DNA of 64,000 bases. It comes from an uncultured Pseudomonadales bacterium (GTDB lineage: Bacteria > Pseudomonadota > Gammaproteobacteria > Pseudomonadales > Pseudohongiellaceae). The position numbers were made by a program, and so were the translations under genes. The notes under the pieces were generated by a model. That model worked only from the letters and a program-made list of their open reading frames with translations, ran no database searches and had not been told where the DNA came from. The DNA is taken from contig CALSUH010000013.1 in NCBI GenBank assembly GCA_943789485.1, forward strand, positions 60,824-124,823, given 5' to 3'. Below, in pieces: positions 44,604 to 53,089 of this stretch; the first letter of the stretch is position 1, and each line of letters starts with the position of its first letter.

Positions 44604-45089
44604 CTAGTCGTCGGCCAGTGCTTGCTCCGCACGCATATTGCACGCAGTCACCTCAGGTAACTTCGTTATATACTTAAGCATCATCGCACCACGAATATCG
44701 GTTTTTTCGAGTAGCGACGACAAATCGTCTATAAAAAATACACGCGAAGTTGTTGCTATTAAATCCTCTTCCATTGGCATCGCACAGCGATGCACACCAA
44801 AACCCGCAGGTAGTCGACGTGGAAGCCGGTCTCGGTACATAAATATTTCTTTACTTTCTTGAAAATAAGTATAGTCGACTATGCCGTCGCGATTGCTGTC
44901 ACGCGCACAAATTTCGTAGAGAACAAAATTGTCGCAATAGAGGTTATTTACAGGGCGGGCAGCAAGGTTCGCCCCAGAGCAGCCAACCAGAAACAGACAA
45001 GCACTGAGTAATGCAATAACGCGATTGCTAGAGGATAGAATACACATAGGTGTACGCTTTTTAGTTCTTTTTTGACTTTGTAAGTTCAA
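44604..45089 (-). CDS. Lipoprotein, unknown function
   Basis: 161-aa ORF with basic N-terminus and lipobox (ALLSACLFLVGC). The start is uncertain (TTG at 45089 or ATG at 45047). Confidence 0.55.
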   Translation of the reverse strand: MNLQSQKRTKKRTPMCILSSSNRVIALLSACLFLVGCSGANLAARPVNNLYCDNFVLYEICARDSNRDGIVDYTYFQESKEIFMYRDRLPRRLPAGFGVHRCAMPMEEDLIATTSRVFFIDDLSSLLEKTDIRGAMMLKYITKLPEVTACNMRAEQALADD

Positions 45090-45182
45090 TAGTAGAACCC
45101 TAAATACGCTAATTTAATTTCAAGAATAAAGCTCGGCCAGTACTGTACGCAGATTCTAGCAAAGAGTAAATCTAACGCACGT

Positions 45183-46694
45183 CTAACTACTGGGAAAAGA
45201 AAATCGCGTTCCTTCGCTGTCGCCCTGAGCAGGCCATTTCTGCGTCATTGTCTTCCTGCGAGTATAAAAGCGAATCGAATCGGGACCGTAAATACTGAGA
45301 TCGCCGAATAGCGAGCGTTTCCATCCGCCAAAACTATGACTCGCTACTGGAACGGGCAGCGCCACATTGACGCCTACCATGCCGACCTGAATATGATCAG
45401 AGAAATAGCGTGCCGCAGCACCGTCGCGCGTGAAAATGCAGGTACCGTTCCCGTATTCGTGTCTGTTGATGATCGACATAGCTTCATCAAGACTTTTAAC
45501 CCTCATTACACATAATATTGGGCCGAAAATTTCATCGGAGTGAATGCTCATCTCCTCACTCACTTCATCGAACAGACTACCGCCGATGAAATACCCGTTC
45601 TCACTTCCCTCTACCTTTAAACCACGGCCATCAACAATTAATTCAGCACCCTGATCCAAACCCTGTTCTATGTAGGCATTGATACGTTCAAGCGCATTCG
45701 CGCTGATGAGAGGGCCCATATCATTTTCGATGTCAGTGCCAGGGCCTACTTTCAACTTCTTCACTCGACTGGCAAGCGCAGCGACCGCCTTGTCTGCAAT
45801 GTCCTCACCCACACAGACAGCCACGGAAATCGCCATGCATCGCTCACCACAAGAACCGTAAGCCGCGCCCATCAACGCGTTTACGGCGTTATCCAAATCG
45901 GCATCGGGCATGATTACGGCATGATTCTTAGCGCCGCCCAACGCCTGCACACGTTTTCCTGCCTTACTCGCTCGCTGATAAATTGATTCGGCGATTGGCG
46001 TGGAGCCTACAAAACTCACTGCCTGAATACGCGGGTCATCCAATATCAGCTCCACAACGCGTCTGTCCCCATTAACCACATTGAAGACACCATCGGGCAA
46101 ACCCGCCTCGGTAAATAGCTTCGCGAGCAACAGTGCAGCACTGGGATCTCTCTCCGAGGGCTTGAGAATAAACGTATTGCCGCAGGCAATCGCCATGGGG
46201 AACATCCACATCGGAACCATGGCAGGGAAATTAAAAGGAGTGATACCTGCCACAATGCCTAGTGCCTGAAATTCTGACCAGCTATCTATACCAGGCCCTG
46301 CATTCTTGGAGTGCTCGCCCTTGAGCAACTCAGAAATGCCGCAGGCGTATTCAACGACTTCGATTCCGCGAATTAGCTCGCCTCGAGCATCATCCAAGAC
46401 CTTGCCGTGCTCGGCGGTGATCGCCTGACAGATCTCATCAATGTTCGCCTCTAGCAGCTGCTTAAAACGAAAAAGTATTTGTGCACGCTTTTGTGGCGGC
46501 GTGTTGCGCCAAGCGGCGAAGGCGAAGCTCGCCGCATTGATCGCCTCTTCCAGTTGAGGCGCAGCAGCACAGGCTAGCTTCTTAGTCACCTTGCCAGTTG
46601 CCGGATTAGTGACATCAAGCGTCTCGACACTCCCGTCTTTAACGCGCCCATTAATGTAATGACCGACTGTCTCATACGCTTCAAGTGAACTCAT
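45183..46694 (-). CDS. mmsA: CoA-acylating methylmalonate-/malonate-semialdehyde dehydrogenase
   Basis: 503 aa aldehyde dehydrogenase. Catalytic Cys context GSCGERCMA, and the family-typical FGGWKRSLFGD near the C-terminus. Confidence 0.8.
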   Translation of the reverse strand: MSSLEAYETVGHYINGRVKDGSVETLDVTNPATGKVTKKLACAAAPQLEEAINAASFAFAAWRNTPPQKRAQILFRFKQLLEANIDEICQAITAEHGKVLDDARGELIRGIEVVEYACGISELLKGEHSKNAGPGIDSWSEFQALGIVAGITPFNFPAMVPMWMFPMAIACGNTFILKPSERDPSAALLLAKLFTEAGLPDGVFNVVNGDRRVVELILDDPRIQAVSFVGSTPIAESIYQRASKAGKRVQALGGAKNHAVIMPDADLDNAVNALMGAAYGSCGERCMAISVAVCVGEDIADKAVAALASRVKKLKVGPGTDIENDMGPLISANALERINAYIEQGLDQGAELIVDGRGLKVEGSENGYFIGGSLFDEVSEEMSIHSDEIFGPILCVMRVKSLDEAMSIINRHEYGNGTCIFTRDGAAARYFSDHIQVGMVGVNVALPVPVASHSFGGWKRSLFGDLSIYGPDSIRFYTRRKTMTQKWPAQGDSEGTRFSFPSS

Positions 46695-47997
46695 GAAAGG
46701 ACTCCCCTACTGCGTTGACCAGGTCATCGATCTGCTTCTCATTGACGATGAACGGCGGCGCCAATTGAATTGTGTCCCCACCCCAGCGCACATAGAAGCC
46801 TTTCTCTAGACATTTCAGCCCAACTTCAAAAGGCCGACGCAGTGGCTCACCCGGATAATGTTCTAAGGAAATACCTGCAGACAATCCGTAGTTGCGAATA
46901 TCCGTAACGAAAGGGCTACCTTTTAAAGAATGTACTGCCTCTTCGAATTTTTCTGACATGGCTCTAACGTTATCGATTAACTCATCATCCACCAACACCG
47001 TTAGCGCAGCCAAACCCGCAGCACACGCAACAGGGTGAGCGGAGTAGGTATAACCATGGGGGAATTCAACCATGTAGTCGGGGCCGCCCTTCTCCATGAA
47101 GGCATCATAGATTTCAGAACCCACCACTACAGCGCCTAATGGAATAGTGCCGTTGGTAATCTGCTTAGCGAGAGTCATGATGTCTGGTGTTACCCCGAAC
47201 TCTTCTGCGCCAGTCATTGAGCCCATTCGCCCGAAGCCGGTGATCACCTCATCGAAAATCAATAGCAGATCGTGCTTGTCGCATATCTCGCGAAGTCGAT
47301 TCAGATAGCCAACCGGAGGCGGCAGGACACCAGCAGTGCCAGACAAGGGTTCGACGATAACTGCGGCGATATTTGATGCATCATGCAGTAGAACCAACTG
47401 CTCTAATTCATCAGCAAGGTGCGCTCCCACCGCGGGCATTCCTCGACTAAATTTATTTTCATCCAGCAAAGTGTCGCACATGTGATCTGCATCCACGGAC
47501 TGGCCGAACAACTTGCGATTGAATCCAATACCTCCCACACCAACACCACCATAGTTAACCCCATGGTAGCCCTTAATTCTGCCGATAAACTTAGACTTCC
47601 CCGGCTTGCCTTTGCTGCGCCAATAACCGCGCGCCATTTTCAATGCCGTATCGATTGTTTCAGATCCCGAATCTGTAAAAAATACATGATCTAGCTTTGA
47701 GGGGGTCAGCTCTACTACTTTATTCGCAAGCTCGAAAGAAAGCTCGTGCCCGTATTGAAAACCTGGCGAATAATCCAAGCTGGACATCTGTGCACTGACA
47801 GCAGCGGTAATTTCTTCGCGACCATGGCCTAGGCCACAGGTCCACAGACCCGAGAGACCATCGAATATCTTCTTGCCATCTGCGTCCGTGTAGTACGCAC
47901 CTTTAGCAGAGGCCATCATTCTTGGATGGTTTTTGAATTGTCGATTGCCGGTAAACGGCATCCAGTGTGCTTCGAGTTGCTCTCTACTCAGAGTCAC
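46681..47997 (-). CDS. Class III (omega) aminotransferase, beta-alanine:pyruvate transaminase-like
   Basis: 438 aa: LIFDEVITGFGRMG, TLAKQITNG (PLP Lys), HGYTYSAHP. It overlaps mmsA by 14 nt. Confidence 0.8.
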   Translation of the reverse strand: MTLSREQLEAHWMPFTGNRQFKNHPRMMASAKGAYYTDADGKKIFDGLSGLWTCGLGHGREEITAAVSAQMSSLDYSPGFQYGHELSFELANKVVELTPSKLDHVFFTDSGSETIDTALKMARGYWRSKGKPGKSKFIGRIKGYHGVNYGGVGVGGIGFNRKLFGQSVDADHMCDTLLDENKFSRGMPAVGAHLADELEQLVLLHDASNIAAVIVEPLSGTAGVLPPPVGYLNRLREICDKHDLLLIFDEVITGFGRMGSMTGAEEFGVTPDIMTLAKQITNGTIPLGAVVVGSEIYDAFMEKGGPDYMVEFPHGYTYSAHPVACAAGLAALTVLVDDELIDNVRAMSEKFEEAVHSLKGSPFVTDIRNYGLSAGISLEHYPGEPLRRPFEVGLKCLEKGFYVRWGGDTIQLAPPFIVNEKQIDDLVNAVGESFHEFT

Positions 47998-48033
47998 GGG
48001 GATCCTCCTTCATTCAATTAATACAAATTTCGA

Positions 48034-49605
48034 CTAGTTATTAACTACCGACTCTACCGGACTAGCCTCGATGCCACTCAGACCATGTCCTATGGTATCT
48101 AGGTCAGCCTGATACTGTGCGGCCAATTCATCATCGGGCCAAACAATGGTGACGATGTAACCAACTATTAACGCAGAAAGAAACGATGGCGGCATTGTTT
48201 CTAGCGCAACAAAAATAGGCCCAATGGACTCCATGTCCTGAATGACAAACTTACAGATCATCGTCATGGAGAAGCCGGTAATCATTGAGGCAATCGCTGC
48301 CCTCTCCGTGAATCGAGTCCAGAAGAGGGACATGAGCATCATCGGGCAAAACGTAGCAGCGATTCCCGCCCAACCGAAGATAACGAACCAGAATATAGTT
48401 CGCTCTGGTGACGCGATCGAAACTGTAATGGCTAGACCTAAGGAAAGAACGGCAAATACAATTGTTATAACGCGGCACAGCCTAGCCGCCTGAGAATCGG
48501 TCAAGTGTGGATTGATAATCTTTGCATACAGATCGTGAGTAACAGACCCAGCCGCCATGACCAACAACGATGATACGGTGGACATAATCGCAGACAAAAC
48601 TGCAGCAACATATAAACCTACTATTAGCGGTGGAAATGTGAATTCGACTAACTCAGAAAGGACATTCTGCGCGCCATTACCTAACACCGTATCCGGCTCA
48701 ACACCTTGTGTCGTGAATATATAACGGCCCAATACACCGATACTCACGGCAGAGAAATCCACCAAGAGTGTAAACAACATGGCGACCCACTTGCCGCGAT
48801 TGATTTGATCCTCGCTGCGAATAGCGATGAGTCTGGCAAACACTTGCGGCGAGCCGAGAAAACCAAGACCGATTAACATCATGCCGACCACTACCGCTAC
48901 GTTCATCAGCGTGAAGCCACCTGCTCCCCATATACTGACCAGCCCGGGCTCTATTGCATAGAGACCGTCATAAATAGAACCGCTATTGGACAACGAGAGG
49001 TAGGCCACTGCAGGCAACAGCATGAGACACACCAACATCATGGCTCCCTGAAACATATCGGTCCAGGCTGCTGCAAGAAAACCTCCAGCGATGCAGTAGG
49101 TAGCAACCACCAGAAAACCGACAACTGCCCCGGTGTGATAATCCCAATCGAGAAAGCTCTCGAAGGCGGAGCCGGTCGCGTCGATTTGCGCCGAGATATA
49201 TATTAGCACGAAGATTGAAAGTGCAATCGAGGACACTAATCGCAGCACGTTAGTCTTAGTCTTGAAACGACTGCCCATATAGTCGATCACTGTGATCGAA
49301 CCGTATTTATCGCTAAGACGCTTAAAGCGATTCGCCATAAAGAACCAGGCGACCCCTACGCCGAACAGTTCTCCGACCACTACCCAATAGGTGCTAAAGC
49401 CCAGCATTGCACCCATGCCCGTGAGGCCAAGCAATAGCCATGCGGATTCGCCCGTTGCCTGCGCAGAAAACGCGGCAACCCAGAAGCTGAGAGACTTACC
49501 ACCAACTACGAAGTCACTCATGCTTTTGACGCGTTTTGACGCGCGATACCCCAGAAATATCAATATTGAGAAGTAGATAATAATCATCGAGTATTTCTCA
49601 ACCAT
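48034..49605 (-). CDS. Sodium:solute symporter family (SSF) transporter
   Basis: 523 aa, about 13 helices. N-terminal FVVGGKSLSFWVAAFSAQATGESAWLLLGLTG is typical of SSF/PutP-like carriers. Confidence 0.8.
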   Translation of the reverse strand: MVEKYSMIIIYFSILIFLGYRASKRVKSMSDFVVGGKSLSFWVAAFSAQATGESAWLLLGLTGMGAMLGFSTYWVVVGELFGVGVAWFFMANRFKRLSDKYGSITVIDYMGSRFKTKTNVLRLVSSIALSIFVLIYISAQIDATGSAFESFLDWDYHTGAVVGFLVVATYCIAGGFLAAAWTDMFQGAMMLVCLMLLPAVAYLSLSNSGSIYDGLYAIEPGLVSIWGAGGFTLMNVAVVVGMMLIGLGFLGSPQVFARLIAIRSEDQINRGKWVAMLFTLLVDFSAVSIGVLGRYIFTTQGVEPDTVLGNGAQNVLSELVEFTFPPLIVGLYVAAVLSAIMSTVSSLLVMAAGSVTHDLYAKIINPHLTDSQAARLCRVITIVFAVLSLGLAITVSIASPERTIFWFVIFGWAGIAATFCPMMLMSLFWTRFTERAAIASMITGFSMTMICKFVIQDMESIGPIFVALETMPPSFLSALIVGYIVTIVWPDDELAAQYQADLDTIGHGLSGIEASPVESVVNN

Positions 49606-49697
49606 AGAATGCTCCTACCGATCTTTGCTAGATGAGTACTTAGTCGATAATACCCGCCAGCACAGCAAGTTACACCATGGGATAGCAGGTTTTCGGC

Positions 49698-50651
49698 TCA
49701 ATCTAAGAAGGTCAGCAACATCTGGATGTTACAGCGCTCATAGGGAGACGGCTCGCCTACGATGCGCTTGAAACCGAGCTTCTTGTATAAATTTATAGCC
49801 GGCTTAAGTTTGGTGTTGCTCTCGAGAAATACCTGTCGAAAATCTAGTTCTTTAGCCTTATCAACACAACGTTGGCCTAACAGATAGCCGATACCCTTAC
49901 CCTTCACACTGTCATCCACTGCCATCTTCGCCAACTCTATGCGATTAGCATCATGGCGTATCAAAGCGCAGGTGCCCACTACGCTACCCTTATATTTAGC
50001 AATCACGATGTAGCCACCCTTGGCGAGTATCTGTTTTTCCGGATCGTCGAGCATTGCCGAGTCGGATTCTTCAATCTCGAAATGCTTGTTGATCCACTCA
50101 TAGTTTAGCTCACGGAAACTCCTAGCATGCTCTGCCCTGTAATCGATCAATTCGATATTCTCTCTGTCCCTGTCCAAGAATTTACTTCTCACTCGAGCGA
50201 AGAGGTCCTTTTCTTCCAGAAGGTATTCGACCTCCGATATAGCCTCCCAGATATTGTGCTGACACTGGCCCAGCAGTTCGTCGACCACTGCCTCCATATC
50301 TCCGGTCTGGCGCTCAAAGCCAGATAGAAGTGACCGCCCCTTGTCCGTAATGCAAACTTGGTTAACCCGCGCATCGCCAGCTAATTTCTCACTCTTGAGA
50401 ATCCCTGCAGCAGACATCTCTTTCACTATCTTGCTAACGGACGCATGGGAGTGACCGATTGCTTCAGCGATAACTGTAATAGGCAAGCAGCTTCCTGATT
50501 TCAGCATGTAAAAGACAGGGAACCATTTCGGGTCCAGATCCACTTCATACAGTTCATAAACCCTCGCAGCCTGTTTTGCTAGCGCCTCACTCAATAGCTT
50601 GAGGCGACTTCCTAAGGCCATTTTCCCTGTATTCTCATAGAGTTGCAGCAT
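49698..50651 (-). CDS. MarR-type winged-helix regulator fused to a GNAT acetyltransferase domain
   Basis: 317 aa. The N-terminal half resembles MarR (FPVFYMLKSGSCLPITVIAEAIGHSHASVSKIVKEMSAAGIL). The C-terminal half is GNAT (VVGTCALI..LAKMAVDDSVKGKGIGYLLGQ..INLYKKLGF). Confidence 0.75.
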   Translation of the reverse strand: MLQLYENTGKMALGSRLKLLSEALAKQAARVYELYEVDLDPKWFPVFYMLKSGSCLPITVIAEAIGHSHASVSKIVKEMSAAGILKSEKLAGDARVNQVCITDKGRSLLSGFERQTGDMEAVVDELLGQCQHNIWEAISEVEYLLEEKDLFARVRSKFLDRDRENIELIDYRAEHARSFRELNYEWINKHFEIEESDSAMLDDPEKQILAKGGYIVIAKYKGSVVGTCALIRHDANRIELAKMAVDDSVKGKGIGYLLGQRCVDKAKELDFRQVFLESNTKLKPAINLYKKLGFKRIVGEPSPYERCNIQMLLTFLD

Positions 50652-50881
50652 GGCGATGCCTATCAGCTAATCAACTACGCTAATTAACTACGTAATTAGA
50701 TACGTGATTGACTGTAGTTCTACCGAGAATATTTTGCAACGATCCTGGGCATGTGAATTCGAATAGTCTGAAGCGCGCTCAGATAAACTTCCTCTTCGAT
50801 AATACAAGGACTATAGTTAGCAAGTAGTTACACAAAGCTTACTTCGCTAGCAAAAACCTTCTTCAACGATTGGGGGCCCGC

Positions 50882-52612
50882 ATGACCAAGCACATTAAAA
50901 CTACTGACAACTCTCGCAAGTTCTCTCGACGAAAATTCATCGGCACAAGCGGCGCACTAGCAGCAGCTGGTATTGGACTTCCCAGCCAGTCTGCATTGGC
51001 CGCCGCTGCACCAGCGCCTCTGCAATCAGCCGCTCCTGACTATGTCGTGTTAAATGCACGCGTGCTCACGGTGGATAGCAATCAACCCACAGCTGAAGCA
51101 TTCGCCGTGAAAGGCGATCGTTTTACTGCAGTAGGCTCAAGTGTAGACATCAGAAATCTGGCCACGTCGAGAACAGAGATTATCGACGCGCAGGGTATGA
51201 CTGTCACGCCTGGATTTATAGATGCGCACACCCATGCCTCGGGCGCTGGCGTGAACGAACTAGTGCAGGTCAATGTCGATATGCGCTCCATCACCGAAAT
51301 AAAGGACGCCCTGCGACAACGTGCAGATACAACCCCCGACGGTGAGTGGGTACGAGGTTTCAAATATGACGATACTAAACTAGCAGAAGGTCGCCCACTA
51401 AATCGATTTGACATTGACGAGGTAGCTCCAAACAATCCCGTGGTGGTCGGTCATCGCGGCGGCCACACAGGCGTCTATAACAGTATGGCCCTAGCGCTGG
51501 CTGGCATTACTGCTGAGACACCCGATCCTGATGATGGTCGCTTCTACAGAGATTCCAATGGCGTACTCACGGGGCTCGTAGCGGAACGAGCCCGCGACGT
51601 TTTCAGCGGAATGATTCCTTCCACCTCCACTCGGGAGCAGCGCCGTGATGGCGTTAAGCTGATTTCTGAATTAATGACCAAAGCCGGCCTAACCTCGGTG
51701 CAACAAACCGGCGGGTCTCGCAACGATATGATCGCGTTTCAGGATGCGCGCGACGAAGGCGACATGCGTTTCCGAGTATGCCTATTCCCACGCGGCCAGC
51801 TCTTCGAGGACTTAGTCAACGCGGGCGTGCGCACCGGATTCGGTGATGAAGTGTTTCGCATAGGTGCGGTTAAATTTATGGCAGACGGTTCCGCATCGGA
51901 GCGCACCATGCGCATGAGCACTCCCTATGTGGGCCGCCCAGATGACTACGGTATTCTCACCATGTCACAGCAAGAAATCCATGAGGCGGTTGAGAACGCT
52001 CACCGCAATGGTTTTCAGATCGGCATACACGCCAATGGGGATGTCACCATAGACATGGTGTTGAATGCCTACGAGAGAGTGCAGTCGCTTTGGCCTCGAC
52101 CGGATGCGAGGCATCGCATCGAACATTGCTCCTTAGTGAACCCTTCCATTTTGCGGCGCATTAAGGCTGCGGGAGTCATTCCGGCACCGTTTTATACCTA
52201 CGTGCATTACCACGGCAACAAATGGGTGGAGTACGGACAGGACAAGATGGCCTGGATGTTTGCGCACAAGTCATTTCTTGACTACGACATTCCAGTCGCT
52301 CCTGCCTCGGACTACACGCCCGGGCCCTATGAGCCATTGATGGCATTGCAGAGCATGGTGACCCGAAAAGATTTCGACGGCCGTGTATGGGGGCCGAATC
52401 AGCGAATCACTCTAGATCAAGCTCTGAAAATCTGCACCATGAATGGCGCCTATGCATCTTTCGAAGAGAATATTAAGGGCAGCATCACCGCCGGCAAGCT
52501 AGCCGATTTTGTAATTTTGGCTGACAACCCGCACGACGTTGACGCTGACACTATCAAGAACATTGAGATTGTTAGAACGGTAGTGGGTGGCTCTACCATG
52601 TACGGTGCTTAG
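50882..52612 (+). CDS. Tat-exported amidohydrolase (Amidohydro_3 / YtcJ-like)
   Basis: ORF 50870..52612, with ATG at 50882. Twin-arginine signal ..NSRKFSRRKFIGTSGALAAAGIGL. Motifs TPGFIDAHTHA, VKFMADGS, IGIHANGD, RIEHCS. Confidence 0.8.
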   Translation: MTKHIKTTDNSRKFSRRKFIGTSGALAAAGIGLPSQSALAAAAPAPLQSAAPDYVVLNARVLTVDSNQPTAEAFAVKGDRFTAVGSSVDIRNLATSRTEIIDAQGMTVTPGFIDAHTHASGAGVNELVQVNVDMRSITEIKDALRQRADTTPDGEWVRGFKYDDTKLAEGRPLNRFDIDEVAPNNPVVVGHRGGHTGVYNSMALALAGITAETPDPDDGRFYRDSNGVLTGLVAERARDVFSGMIPSTSTREQRRDGVKLISELMTKAGLTSVQQTGGSRNDMIAFQDARDEGDMRFRVCLFPRGQLFEDLVNAGVRTGFGDEVFRIGAVKFMADGSASERTMRMSTPYVGRPDDYGILTMSQQEIHEAVENAHRNGFQIGIHANGDVTIDMVLNAYERVQSLWPRPDARHRIEHCSLVNPSILRRIKAAGVIPAPFYTYVHYHGNKWVEYGQDKMAWMFAHKSFLDYDIPVAPASDYTPGPYEPLMALQSMVTRKDFDGRVWGPNQRITLDQALKICTMNGAYASFEENIKGSITAGKLADFVILADNPHDVDADTIKNIEIVRTVVGGSTMYGA

Positions 52613-53089
52613 GCTTATCATTTAGATTCGACCTGGGAAGCGGCGTGCCGTTCACAGCGCATGGGTGGGTGTATTTCCGCTTTCTTGACGGATGCTGTAA
52701 GCTTTATCTGGTCAGTATCTCCAGACCTACTACTCGATTGGTTCACCAGTGATCCAAAGGTAGGGGAGGCAGAACGCCAATATCTCGTTATTGTCCGACC
52801 GGCGTTTGCGTTTAAGGCATAGGCTTCTCTTTGTACTTCGCAGCGCAAGAAGGTGGCACCGCAGTCCTGCCAGTCACAGAGACCTTTCTTCGATTTTTTA
52901 TTGCTGCGGGTGAGAGATTCATCGGCATACGCTATATGGCTTTAGGCCTCAGCTATTTGTTTACTTGCCTATCGATCGCGATGGTCGTGCACGGATTGAT
53001 TGCAATGAGCTCACTGTCCTTCGGCTGGGGGCGGCTAGCCACTATAGAGCGACCGGGACTACGCATCCAAAATCGGCGAGGAAAAACCT

